The notes: generated by a model not told the origin, from the sequence alone. Counted from the first letter of the stretch, positions 10,542 through 22,921 are shown. The stretch: 64,000 nt of DNA from Escherichia coli (GCF_003790525.1 NZ_CP033635.1), one strand, 5' to 3'. Made by a program: numbers and translations.

Positions 10542-12521
10542 TCAGGTGCCGATTATGCCGCCGTCGGCTTTTACGATAACGACAGTTGAGGAGCGCGGAC
10601 GACCAGCCTTATCGCCGTCAGGCCAGCTTGATACTGCCGTCGGATGCTGCGGATCGCTAAGCCCTTCGCTTGGCTCGCCAGGGTGCTGGATGTTAATAAA
10701 CAGCGTCCGGTTATCCGGAGTGAACGCGATGCCGGTGATTTCGCAGCCGCGCGGGCCGGTCAGGAAGCGGCGGAACTCATTGGTACCGGGAATCGTCGCC
10801 ACCATCTGGTTGTTGCCCATGCCTTTGTAATCTTTAATATTTATGGTTGATGACGACACGTCGGTCTGGATCCATAGCACGCCGCGGTGATCAAAGCTCA
10901 GGCCATCGGCGCTGCCGAATTCCGCACCCTTCATGCTGCCTTTGGTTTCCAGTTTGTCTGTATCGGTGCGACCGCCCATCACAAGAATATCCCAGGCAAA
11001 CTGCAGCGCGGTCGGGTCACCGTTATGCTCCAACCAGTGAATGATGTGGCCGTAAACGTTTTTGGCGCGCGGGTTGGCCGCATCCACTGGCGCTTTTCCT
11101 TCCTTACCGCGATCGCTGTTGTTGGTGAGCGTGCAGTAAACGCTGCCGGCGTGATATGGATCGACCGCAATCCACTCCGGGCGGTCCATTTTAGTGGCCC
11201 CCACGGCGTCTGCCGCCAGACGGGTTTTAATCAACAGGTCGCCCTGGTTTTCAAACCCTTTACTGGCGTCGAGCCCATTTTGTCCGAACACCAGCGGTAG
11301 CCACTCGCCTTTGCCGTCGTCGTTAAATTTCGCCACGTACAGAGTGCCTTTTTCCAGCAGGTGCATGTTGGCTTTGCGATCCTGCGGGTTGAATTTTCCT
11401 TCCGAGACAAATTTATATATGTATTCGAATTTCTGGTCATCGCCCATATAGACCACAACGCGGTTATCCGGGGCAATTGTCACCGCTGCGCCTTCGTGTT
11501 TGATGCGACCAAGCGCGGTGTGCTTGCGCGGCACTGAATGCGGATCGTATGGATCGATTTCCACCACCCAGCCGAAGCGGTTCGGCTCGTTCGGCGTGGC
11601 GTCGACGCTGAACCTTTTATCCACTTCGTTCCAGCGGTAAGAGTCGTCGCTCCCGCTGATACCGTAACGTTTTTCCAGCGGGTTCATCTCTGCTTTTTTT
11701 ACGAAAATATCGGACCAGTTCTCTTCACACGTCAGATAGGTGCCCCACGGCGTAAATCCGTTGGCACAGTTCTGCATGGTGCCGAGAATGATTTCGCCTT
11801 TCGGATCGTCAACTGTTTGCATCAGTGGGTTATGCAGCGCCGGACCGGTGATTTTCATCGGCGTGTTAACGGTGATGCGGCGTGCGAACGATGACGGGCG
11901 CACCACTTCCCAGCCCAGGGGCACTTTTTTTACTTCAATGACCGACACGCCCATCGCGTTCTGGCCTTTAAGAGCTTTATCGGCGCTCCAGTTGGCATCG
12001 CCATCTTTAAACAGTAGACCGTTATCGATGTATTCATGGTTTATGGCAAGCAGGCCGTGATCGGAGCTGTTCCCGCCCTGCGGCAGGCTAAACCACGCCA
12101 TGCCGTCGTGGTGCATCCCGGCCTGCGCCGCCTGTTCTTCCGTGGTGTTGCTACCGTCGGTTTTAAAAACCGGCAGATTTCCGGCAATCCCGGTGGCGTC
12201 GCCCCATTTGTAGAAGGGCTTCGCGATGTATCCTTCCGGCACGATAACGGTATCTTCCGTGGAAACCGGCAGGCTGGTGAAACCGAGCGTCGTCGCTTTG
12301 CCGAGGTTACCGCTTGCTTTGGAGACCACTTTCGCCAGCGCGTTTTCCTGTTTCAGCAGAAATGGGAACGCTGCCGCGGCACCGGCGACCGTGCCGGCCT
12401 GTAACAGACGGCGGCGTGACAAATAGACTTCCGCCACCTGCGAAAACGCGCGGTTATCGCTCGGGTTACTGATTTCTTCACTATGCTCACGTTTGAATAA
12501 AGTTTTTAACGGTCTGCCCAT
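10542..12521 (-). CDS. phoX: PhoX-family phosphatase (DUF839), Tat-exported
   Basis: 659-aa intact ORF with a twin-arginine signal (LSRRRLLQAGTVAGAAAAFPFL) and size/composition matching PhoX-type secreted phosphatases; assignment by recall. Confidence 0.55.
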   Translation of the reverse strand: MGRPLKTLFKREHSEEISNPSDNRAFSQVAEVYLSRRRLLQAGTVAGAAAAFPFLLKQENALAKVVSKASGNLGKATTLGFTSLPVSTEDTVIVPEGYIAKPFYKWGDATGIAGNLPVFKTDGSNTTEEQAAQAGMHHDGMAWFSLPQGGNSSDHGLLAINHEYIDNGLLFKDGDANWSADKALKGQNAMGVSVIEVKKVPLGWEVVRPSSFARRITVNTPMKITGPALHNPLMQTVDDPKGEIILGTMQNCANGFTPWGTYLTCEENWSDIFVKKAEMNPLEKRYGISGSDDSYRWNEVDKRFSVDATPNEPNRFGWVVEIDPYDPHSVPRKHTALGRIKHEGAAVTIAPDNRVVVYMGDDQKFEYIYKFVSEGKFNPQDRKANMHLLEKGTLYVAKFNDDGKGEWLPLVFGQNGLDASKGFENQGDLLIKTRLAADAVGATKMDRPEWIAVDPYHAGSVYCTLTNNSDRGKEGKAPVDAANPRAKNVYGHIIHWLEHNGDPTALQFAWDILVMGGRTDTDKLETKGSMKGAEFGSADGLSFDHRGVLWIQTDVSSSTINIKDYKGMGNNQMVATIPGTNEFRRFLTGPRGCEITGIAFTPDNRTLFINIQHPGEPSEGLSDPQHPTAVSSWPDGDKAGRPRSSTVVIVKADGGIIGT

Positions 12522-13138
12522 TGCGGTTTCCTTTCAAAAAATCGATTTCAAGGGGAATCATTTTTATGCACGTGAGTCTACGGAAAGATTGTTACGGAAA
12601 TATAACAATTGTCATAAAAAACCGGCGATAAAATCATCTATGGTCGGGACGCGGTTTCAGGTATGATGTGAGGCTAGAATTCTGAACGCTCTCTTTTGTT
12701 GAGCATATATGGACGTCCCAGATGAGGCAAGTACTGGTTCGATGCGGTTTGCGACCATATATCCGGCGTCGTTAGTAGGTTCAATGACCTGCGCCATGAT
12801 GTTATCCGGGCCCTATTTCCTAATCACTACACCGGTATTTGATTACCCAGGTCAACTTCAGACTGTTACAGGGGCGGTAGCCGTTATCTCATCAGTGAAT
12901 GTAAACTCAGTTAAAAATATTTTCTATAACTTACTGTTTTTCTTTAATTCATCACAACGGCCTTCTGCATATTAAAATCAATACTATCGCTCAAAACACG
13001 CCAGATGATTCTTGTCAGCTTATTCGCCAGCGCACCAGTGGTTTTCAGGAACCCTCGACGGGCTTCCATCCTTTGCAGACAAATACTCAGACTGTCAGTG
13101 AGCTTTTTCACACAGCGCATTACAGACTGAAATGGCAC

Positions 13139-14030
<892 letters not shown>

Positions 14031-14282
14031 AGTGTTCAGAGCACAAAGAAGAAAAAAGATGTGTGCGAATGCCTGTAATGTGTTAAAAGAATGTTCCGCG
14101 TTTCCGGTACGCTTTTCGTAACTAACAATGCAGGGTGACGTAACGCTGGTTGTGCCGGAAACGCGTCCCTCCCCCTATCTTTCCTGTTTGGATTTGCCCC
14201 TATATTTCTGGATTATCCGACAAAACCGGCGTGAAGTATTACTCTCGTCGCCCAGCACCATAAGGATAACGCCCATAAAATC

Positions 14283-14648
14283 ATGAAACTTTTCTTCCAG
14301 ATTGGATACAATCAGGCCGTATCCCGTATTACAGGCTTATCACGTGTGACAGTCAGTCTCTGGGTGTGTTCAGGAACATTCCCTGAAATGTCAACCCGGC
14401 CTCCAGAGCGAGGACTTCTGGCCCCATGGAGGGAGTGGTTAAAAGAGCAACGAGAAAGTGGTAACTTCGGCGCGTGGCTGCAAGGATGGCAGCTGATGCT
14501 GCGGCTATATGTGAGGCAATCAGCAGTCGCTGGAATAATGGGGGTTGTCGAAAGTCATGTAAATAGACTAAAAATGCTGAAAGGCCAGATGTATGGTCGA
14601 GCCGGATTTGAACTACTCAGACAGAGGGTCATGAGTCCACTGGCATGA
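14283..14648 (+). CDS. hypothetical protein with possible HTH
   Basis: 121-aa ORF; segment GYNQAVSRITGLSRVTVSLWV resembles a helix-turn-helix. No family recognised. Confidence 0.25.
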   Translation: MKLFFQIGYNQAVSRITGLSRVTVSLWVCSGTFPEMSTRPPERGLLAPWREWLKEQRESGNFGAWLQGWQLMLRLYVRQSAVAGIMGVVESHVNRLKMLKGQMYGRAGFELLRQRVMSPLA

Positions 14649-14856
14649 AAATCTCCATCCAGGTTGCGTAAGAGCCACTTTTCATCCGTCGTCGATATCT
14701 GGGATAGCCATAGTGAAATAAAAAGCTGTCTGAATTAAATTATTTTGCACATATATTTTAATCCTGCACTGAATTAAGAATGGGTAATCAGTGACCGCTT
14801 GGACGGTCACTTTTAAGAGAAGGCATTAACAGAGAATGGTAAACAGGCTCAATATA

Positions 14857-15309
14857 TTATGTTGTTGGCACTACAGATGAATGATGGGATGATATTTTCC
14901 AATCCTTTCCATCCCACTCATAAGCGAAACTATAGCGTGCTGAAACTTGTTTTTTATCTTCAAAAGTAAACGTGTAATTCCCTGTATCAAGAGCCATATT
15001 GCATCCAATGCGAATAGTTCTGAAGTTTATTTCTCCAACAGGTTTTTTTTTCAAAAAATGCTCAAAATAGTCAACTCTTTCTGCATCTGTAATCCTAATT
15101 TTTTTTGATACTGTGGGCAGTAAGATCGCATCACTTAAATAGTTATCAGCAACCTTCTTGGCATCACCTGTTTTTAATGATTCATTCCAGCGATCGAATA
15201 ACCTTTCAATGTCTTTACTATCTACCCGAATACACTTAACATTATCTACGTCACTTGCCCACGACGCTCCAGAAAACAGACACAGAATTAAAATATTTAT
15301 TTTTTTCAT
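14857..15309 (-). CDS. secreted NTF2-like/DUF4440-like protein
   Basis: 150 aa; Sec signal peptide MKKINILILCLFSGASWA; the remainder has an NTF2/SnoaL-like pattern (DRWNESLKTGDAKKVADNYLSDAILLP...YSFAYEWDGKDWKISSHH). Confidence 0.4.
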   Translation of the reverse strand: MKKINILILCLFSGASWASDVDNVKCIRVDSKDIERLFDRWNESLKTGDAKKVADNYLSDAILLPTVSKKIRITDAERVDYFEHFLKKKPVGEINFRTIRIGCNMALDTGNYTFTFEDKKQVSARYSFAYEWDGKDWKISSHHSSVVPTT

Positions 15310-15539
15310 AACTCCTCCTGATCAGCCTGAAACTTTTTTAAAGTTTAATCATATTAATACAGTGCAACTATTTGATAGTAAAAACGATGTTCTCTATTTT
15401 GTTAATAGATACTTCCTATTGTGTATATATTATGAGATTATTAAGAATAATACTCTCTGGGTCGTAGAGACAGGGTATAAGTCACAGGCTGGTGTGGTTC
15501 GGATGTTCTTGCCCCCTCAATATCAGACTGCTATTGTAT

Positions 15540-15905
15540 CTTAAGTTAACGTTATCCGCTGACGTCGATATTCCCGTGGTGAGAGATAACCTAACGCACT
15601 ATGCGGATGGTTTTCATTGTAATGCTCGAACGCCTCTGCAAGGTTATGCAATGCCGTTATTACATTCAGTTTCGGCATGAACGCGATGTAGTCTTCATTC
15701 ACGTTTTCACGAACCTTTCTGCCATTCTATTGCTCTGAGGGCTACTGACTGCCGTCGTGCAGGGCTCCAGATTCAACTCTCTGGCGAATTGCCGTGTTTC
15801 ATGAGCCGTATAAGCCGAACCGTTATCCGTCCGCCACTGGATTGCTCGTTCCGGTCCTTTATCGCCAAAGCGTTTTTCTATCGCTCCTAACATCACATCC
15901 TGCAC
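15540..15905 (-). pseudogene. IS2-like (IS3 family) orfB C-terminal fragment
   Basis: ORF 15699..15905: [45 protein letters not shown], matching the C-terminal integrase-core region of IS2 OrfB; no N-terminus or orfA. Confidence 0.5.
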
Positions 15906-16327
15906 TGTCGGCTTTATCGTAACCTCCCGTACTGGTCACGGGCAGACTGTTCATCATGTTAAACCCAGCCGCTGTCAGATCATGCACCGGCCGGATGGCG
16001 GGCTGACCTGCCCCGCCGCGCTGCTGCCCGCCAATCCATTTCTTACCTTCCTTCCCGGTGGCCTGACGTCCGGCCTCGTCCCCTTTCACCGCATCACCGT
16101 CACCGCTGTTCACCACCTTCTTGTACTCTTCCAGCATCGCTGGCCTGCGTCCATTTGCTGCGATCAGAAAAGTCCATCATCCGTTTTGCCATGTTCTGGC
16201 AGTTCAGTTACGCCTTGTCGAAAGCCACATTCGCCTGCAGCACACCGTTGGTGATCATGTCGTACAGGCCGGGGTTGGCACGCTGTATCACCATCGCCGG
16301 CAGACTGGCAGCGGCGCCGGTCGCCCC

Positions 16328-16669
16328 CTAAATCACATCCCCCATCAGATTTTTAAAGCCGTCGGTCAATCCGTTAAGATGATTACCCACCGTGGTCTTC
16401 AGGTCAAAGTTGCCGCACATCAGATCGCTGCTCCAGCCCAGGTCCATACCCAGCTTCTGCATGTTGCTGCGCGTGGCCAACTGTGAGATCACCGAGCCGC
16501 CACCCAGCGTATAGAACAGTTTGTCGGATACGGCGCCATCCACGGATTTCCCGTAACCGAACGTGCTGTCATTCAGTTTCGGCAGGGAAAGAAGATCAGC
16601 CATCGCCGGAATACTGCAGTACAGCATCACACTCAGTGCCACCATACCTGTTTTCATCTTCATCATCAT
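16328..16669 (-). CDS. conjugative-transfer TraH-like protein fragment (putative)
   Basis: 113 aa with signal peptide and Gly-rich segment (FYTLGGGSVISQLATRSN...MCGNFDL) loosely resembling the N-terminal region of TraH-type proteins; low-similarity call. Confidence 0.25.
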   Translation of the reverse strand: MMMKMKTGMVALSVMLYCSIPAMADLLSLPKLNDSTFGYGKSVDGAVSDKLFYTLGGGSVISQLATRSNMQKLGMDLGWSSDLMCGNFDLKTTVGNHLNGLTDGFKNLMGDVI

Positions 16670-17119
16670 GGTTCCTTAAAAATTCGTACTGCCAAGGAAT
16701 CGCTGCCCGCGCTTTTCGAAGCAGCTGTAAGGCTGCCACAGTGCAAAGGCTGCATTACCGTTCTCCGCCGCCTGGTGTTCACCATCCGGGAAAACGGCAC
16801 AGGAACGCGACACTGACGGCGTCAGTCGCTGCCATTTGTGATTGCGGGTGCCGGTGTTTTCCTCCACCGCCTCCGGGGGCCAGTAGCCGTCACGTTTCAC
16901 GCCCTTAACCTCCCTGTAGACATGCGACTCCCCCATCCGCGTGATAATGTCGGCCACCCGCTGAGCCCCCACCGCCGCGGCCCGGTCATCATCGCTCTGC
17001 ATCACAAAACCACTCCGGTGATAAACGCTCCCCCACATGTTTTTATCGGCCTAGCTGCCAATCTCGCGTTTGCCGGGAACCTGTGCCTCTGGATACAGGG
17101 ATTCAGGTAATCCCGTTCG

Positions 17120-17650
17120 CTAGACGATGCTGTCCAGGGTACTGAGGAAATAGGCCATGGCCGGTGTCACCGGTGAATCACAGCTGAATCCGGGTACCAT
17201 CCCGCCGATAAGCTGTGTGGCCGGATGACCCAGCGCATCTGCATATTTGAAACGAATTGCTGAACGGCGCTTCCCCTGTATTTTCATATCCGCCGGATTT
17301 CCCCCGCCGGCACTCAGCCCGGACAGGCCGTCAGTGATGGCATTCTCCGGGCCACCTGCGGTCCGGCTGACCAGCGACATCTCTTTCCAGGGATTACCAC
17401 CCGGTGCCGTATAGGTGGAAATAACCACTTCCGGGATGAAATGTGTCACCTTCACGGAAATTCTGACCGTACAGCCAGACGCGCTGCAGTAAAGCCAGTA
17501 ACAAATCCCGCTGACACGCCAGCTGATATAGTCCGGTGCCGCAGTACTGGCGATAATGCTGGCGGTGTTCAGTGATACAGACGCCAGGGGCAGTGATGCC
17601 ACACTCAGTAACAGCACGCCGGTACGCAGACGACATTTCAGGGACATCAT
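17120..17650 (-). CDS. conjugative-element TraU-like/ICE-associated exported protein (putative)
   Basis: 176 aa; signal peptide; Cys-containing motif GICYWLYCSASGC reminiscent of the TraU ICWSCIFPL region; surrounding ORFs are fragmentary. Confidence 0.25.
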   Translation of the reverse strand: MMSLKCRLRTGVLLLSVASLPLASVSLNTASIIASTAAPDYISWRVSGICYWLYCSASGCTVRISVKVTHFIPEVVISTYTAPGGNPWKEMSLVSRTAGGPENAITDGLSGLSAGGGNPADMKIQGKRRSAIRFKYADALGHPATQLIGGMVPGFSCDSPVTPAMAYFLSTLDSIV

Positions 17651-17763
17651 GGCTGCACTCCTCCCTCAGCACGGATTTTCCCGGCCATCACCACATCCAT
17701 GGTGCCGTAAACCACCTCACTGTCATCAAACACCACGGCAGGGTATTTCTTCACGCCCAGCGA

Positions 17764-18042
17764 CTAGGCATGTGCCACATCGCGGTAATGACCGGCCAGT
17801 TCCGCCTGCATCGTCTGCCATTCGGGAGACTTCATACGTACCCTGACCACCGATTCAGCCTCACCCGCATCAGCAGGCAACAGGCCCCAAAAGCGGCTCT
17901 GAAGCTGCTCAGGCGCATCCAGCAGAACCACCCTGACACCATCAGGAGGATTAACGGGAAGATGCTGAGAATCGGTATAAATTGTTGTGCCGGCAGACGC
18001 TGCCAGCGGCAGGAAAAACAGGGAACAGAAAATCCGGTACAT
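17764..18042 (-). CDS. small exported hypothetical protein
   Basis: 92 aa with Sec signal peptide (MYRIFCSLFFLPLAASAG); no family recognised. Confidence 0.2.
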   Translation of the reverse strand: MYRIFCSLFFLPLAASAGTTIYTDSQHLPVNPPDGVRVVLLDAPEQLQSRFWGLLPADAGEAESVVRVRMKSPEWQTMQAELAGHYRDVAHA

Positions 18043-18237
18043 CGTACACCTCAGTCAGATAATATCTGACTGACAGCGTGCGAAGAAAGCGCTCATTTAT
18101 CAGCAATAAATTAAAAACGGGATTAAAAAATTACGGTGGGATCCGGGGAAGTGTATCTGCCAAGCATAACAGACAGTCTGTGATTATACCCGGCCTTTCA
18201 CAAAGCCGGGGAACTGATTCATACCAAGTGGTGATTT

Positions 18238-18489
18238 TCAACAATAAGTATAATGAGGTTGTCCCGGCACCGGTGGCAGTGGTTCGAGATAGACGTCATC
18301 AACAAAAACACAGGGGAATTTTTCAACTGCACATCCAGCACGCTCAGACATTACCTTCAGACTGATACCATGTTTCTCAGCATCAATAAAGAGGACATCT
18401 GCCCCTGTTTCATCCCGGAGATTTGTCGCATGATGCATGATCCGGTGTACTGAAGGACATGTTTTGTAACCAAAAACACATATACGCAT
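18238..18489 (-). CDS. glutaredoxin-like protein (putative)
   Basis: Probable start MRICVFGYKTCPSVHR...; C-terminal FPCVFVDDVYL resembles the glutaredoxin/NrdH fold; only one Cys in the CPxx motif. Confidence 0.3.
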   Translation of the reverse strand: MRICVFGYKTCPSVHRIMHHATNLRDETGADVLFIDAEKHGISLKVMSERAGCAVEKFPCVFVDDVYLEPLPPVPGQPHYTYC

Positions 18490-18653
18490 GTTGCACCTCC
18501 TGATCACTGGTTGACGCCGATAATAAAACAATAATGTGAGCGTAAAAAATGCACCTCATACCACATTTCTGTAAAAGGCTCTGGCTATCACTGCAAAAAG
18601 CAAAATCTTAATTCCAGCATCACTTGTTACTCTCATTCCGTCACTTATATTTA

Positions 18654-19927
<1,274 letters not shown>

Positions 19928-20236
19928 GTATTTAATTACTGCCCATAAGAATAAAAGCCGCTGGCGGATTATTTCTTTATTACCCGGATGCGGTCACAAG
20001 CCCACACATCGTCAACTACCTGCCGGTAATATTAACTGTCAGAAGAACGCATACATCCGGATGTTTACAGAGTCGCGCGCCTGGTCACAGGTGACAACAG
20101 AAGTATGCCATACTAAAGGAGTAAACGGCGGGTCACTGGTGATCAAACACCTGCATCGTGTGTTGCTGCCACTGCCCTCAGGTGACAGAGGCAGCATCTT
20201 TACGTATTATAATGCGTTATATCGGGTTTGTTGTTA

Positions 20237-22324
20237 TCAGAACTGATAGTTCAGCGACATCCAGTAATTTCTCTCAGGTATCACATAACCCGTTGTCGAT
20301 GCCCCCGTCTGGAAGTAATCACCCGCATAAAGCGTACCACTGCCGGCACGATACAGACTTACGTCACTGTAATCCTTGTTAAGCACATTATTCACCGCTG
20401 CATTCAGCATCAGTGCATCCGTCACTTTCCACGACATGCCCGCATCCAGTACCGTCCAGGCTTTCAGATATTCACCTTTCTCATCATACACTTTCTTCTG
20501 TACAGCTGAGAGTGACGAATAATTCTGGGTGAAACGTGGCGTTTTCCCGCGATAACGGGCACCCAGCCATGATGTCACCTCTTCAGTAATCTGCCAGTTC
20601 AGTTTCGCATTCACCATATGCTCAGGGGTGTAACTCAGTGGTGCACCTTTATTATCCCCATCCCGTTGTTCACTCTGCGTCCAGGTATAATTCAGAGACA
20701 GAGTCACATCCTCTGACAACAGAGGCAGTGTGCCGGCAAATTCCACGCCCTGAGTCCTAGCCTTTCCGCTGTTTGTGTAGCTGCGGGTATTATCATCAAT
20801 GGAATAAGATACGATCTTGTTGGAGAATTCTGTCATAAAGCCCGTGATATTGGCGTTCAGACCGGCATGATTATCGTAATACACGCCCGCTTCATAACTG
20901 ACACTCTCCTCCGGCTTCAGGTCCGGGTTACCGAGAAGATTCGTACGCCCCTGACCGGACACACCGCTGATCCCCTTATGTAACTGCCCCATGCTGGGCG
21001 CCTTATATCCCGTGGTCACCCCACCTTTCAGCGTCCACGCATCAGTCACATCCCAGACCATATATGCCCGGGGACTGAAGTGTCCTCCGAACACCTCATA
21101 GCGTTCATAGCGGCTACCCGCAGTCAGTGCAAATGCATCCGTGATATACCACTCATCCTCAACAAATGCCGACCAGCTTTTCTGACGGAAGGTTTCACCA
21201 GTACTGGCGAGAACAACCCCGTCTTTCATGGAGGAGTTCTGATACTCACCACCGACGGTAACCTTGTGTGATTCCCCCAGAGGTGCAAACAGTAATGAGC
21301 TCAGGATAAGATTCGACTCCTTAAGCTCCCTCGGCTGGCCGGCAAGCCCCCATTTATCACGCTGCAGTACGCTACGTACAAGCTGACGGCCTTTATTTTC
21401 CGTCTCATTCCAGTTCAGGGATGACTTCCAGGCTCCGAAGGTGAATGTATGATCATAGCCTGCTGAAATTTTATTACGCTCATAGCGCAGGGTGCGATCA
21501 TAACCGCCCGTCAGACTGCCCAGCTGGCCATCTCGGTTATCATAACGCTGCCGGGCGATATCCATATCAATCCAGAGTACATCCTTGTCCGTCGCTTTCC
21601 AGTCAAGACGACCACCTGCATTATAATTCTGTGATTCCGTGGGATAAGGGATACGCGTAGCTGAGGTGTCGCTCAGTGATGTGACCGATGAGCCCTGACG
21701 CTGCTGTGTGCTGCCACGTACCTGAAGGCTGAGTGAATCATCCACAAGGGGACCGCTGCTCCAGAAATTAAACTGGCTGCTGTTCCCCCATTTGTTACTT
21801 TCCTGCAGGTTCAGCCCGGCATTAACCGAAGAGCGCCATTTGTCTGCATTCTTTTTGGTGATGATATTCACCACGCCCCCCATGGCATCAGAGCCGTACA
21901 GAGTGGACATGGGGCCCCTGATAATCTCAATACGTTCGATGGCGGCCAGAGGTGGCATAAAACCCGTATTCATGGCAGCATAACCGTTTGGGGTTACGTC
22001 ACTGCTCCCGCCCTGACGGACACCATCGATCAGTATCAGCGTATAACTGGCAGGCATTCCGCGGATGCTGATTTCCAGCCCACCTGTTTTACCCGTACCG
22101 CTTTCAACATCCACCCCCTCTACGGATCTCAGTGCCTCCCCCAGATCATGATACTGGCTGGATCGCAAATCCTCCTGGCTGATCACTGAAACACTCGCAG
22201 CTGCACTGGTTAATTTTTTTTCATAGCCAGACGCCGTGACTACCATCACATCTTCCGCAGCCATACTGCTGACTGAAAACCCGAGACAAGGGATGGCTAC
22301 TGAAGCCAGAGTGGTTACTCGCAT
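20237..22324 (-). CDS. iha: IrgA-homologue adhesin / TonB-dependent outer-membrane receptor Iha
   Basis: 695-aa intact ORF: signal peptide, TonB-box/plug region, C-terminal ...MSLNYQF; near-identical over its length to Iha as recalled (MR[IV]TTLASV...EDVM...YEKKLT...). Confidence 0.9.
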   Translation of the reverse strand: MRVTTLASVAIPCLGFSVSSMAAEDVMVVTASGYEKKLTSAAASVSVISQEDLRSSQYHDLGEALRSVEGVDVESGTGKTGGLEISIRGMPASYTLILIDGVRQGGSSDVTPNGYAAMNTGFMPPLAAIERIEIIRGPMSTLYGSDAMGGVVNIITKKNADKWRSSVNAGLNLQESNKWGNSSQFNFWSSGPLVDDSLSLQVRGSTQQRQGSSVTSLSDTSATRIPYPTESQNYNAGGRLDWKATDKDVLWIDMDIARQRYDNRDGQLGSLTGGYDRTLRYERNKISAGYDHTFTFGAWKSSLNWNETENKGRQLVRSVLQRDKWGLAGQPRELKESNLILSSLLFAPLGESHKVTVGGEYQNSSMKDGVVLASTGETFRQKSWSAFVEDEWYITDAFALTAGSRYERYEVFGGHFSPRAYMVWDVTDAWTLKGGVTTGYKAPSMGQLHKGISGVSGQGRTNLLGNPDLKPEESVSYEAGVYYDNHAGLNANITGFMTEFSNKIVSYSIDDNTRSYTNSGKARTQGVEFAGTLPLLSEDVTLSLNYTWTQSEQRDGDNKGAPLSYTPEHMVNAKLNWQITEEVTSWLGARYRGKTPRFTQNYSSLSAVQKKVYDEKGEYLKAWTVLDAGMSWKVTDALMLNAAVNNVLNKDYSDVSLYRAGSGTLYAGDYFQTGASTTGYVIPERNYWMSLNYQF

Positions 22325-22363
22325 ATCTTCTCTCCGATTATATTAATCAGAGAGAAGATAAAC

Positions 22364-22382
22364 AAACGCAAGAGATAATGAG
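22364..22382 (+). promoter_or_regulatory. Fur box upstream of iha
   Basis: GATAATGAGAATGATTTGC, 15/19 matches to the Fur consensus GATAATGATAATCATTATC, about 40 bp upstream of the iha start. Confidence 0.5.
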
Positions 22383-22636
22383 AATGATTTGCTTTTGGTT
22401 TTTACATAAAAAAGCAAAAAATTACAAAATATTACATAAGGTTCTACTATACCCCGAATTTCAGTTGAGGACGTTCTTTTCTCTAGGGGAAAGTAACGGA
22501 TAGCAATCGTTGACGATCCATATCGGATTTTTGCACTATGGGTATTTATCCAATCTTTATCAGTTTCTTGTCCTTGGATATGTTAATCATACACTATCGG
22601 ATATTTCGTACATCAGACAGGTGACTATAATTAATA

Positions 22637-22921
22637 ATGAGGAGTTTTATGGACAATAGAACAATTACTCTGCAGGAATTACTCGAGTACATGTCAATGC
22701 TTCGAGACGACATGAATGCTCTCACGGTTGCATTTTCATATCTGGCTTCATCGCTTCCTAAGGAACAGATGATACAAATACTGGCATTCATTCATTTTGA
22801 ATCAAATAATTCCAGATGGTCTTCAGAACAGCAGAAATCTTTCAAATGGCTAGCATCACTACTGGAGGGCTGTTATACAGTTCACACAAACATTTTTGAT
22901 ATACCATCAAAGAACCACTAG
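22637..22921 (+). CDS. hypothetical protein
   Basis: 94-aa ORF divergent from iha; no recognisable motifs. Confidence 0.2.
   Translation: MRSFMDNRTITLQELLEYMSMLRDDMNALTVAFSYLASSLPKEQMIQILAFIHFESNNSRWSSEQQKSFKWLASLLEGCYTVHTNIFDIPSKNH

Noticed and set aside
10887..12404. Several long plus-strand ORFs (e.g. 10887..11300, 11538..11894, 12036..12404) inside the PhoX-like gene
   Set aside because: They lie antisense to a 659-aa ORF with a clear Tat signal and have Arg/Gly/Ala-rich compositions typical of antisense readings of a GC-rich gene; treated as spurious.
12590..12660. Full Pho box upstream of the PhoX-like gene
   Set aside because: Only one half-site-like element (TTGTCATAAAAAA) is visible; the second repeat is poor, so it is mentioned as a hint in the finding but not annotated as a feature.
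14590..14640. tRNA-like T-loop motif (GTTCAAATCC on the minus strand)
   Set aside because: The flanking sequence does not form a complementary T-stem or acceptor stem and lies inside an ORF; judged a chance match. No other tRNA-like sequence was recognised, though a by-eye scan is not exhaustive.
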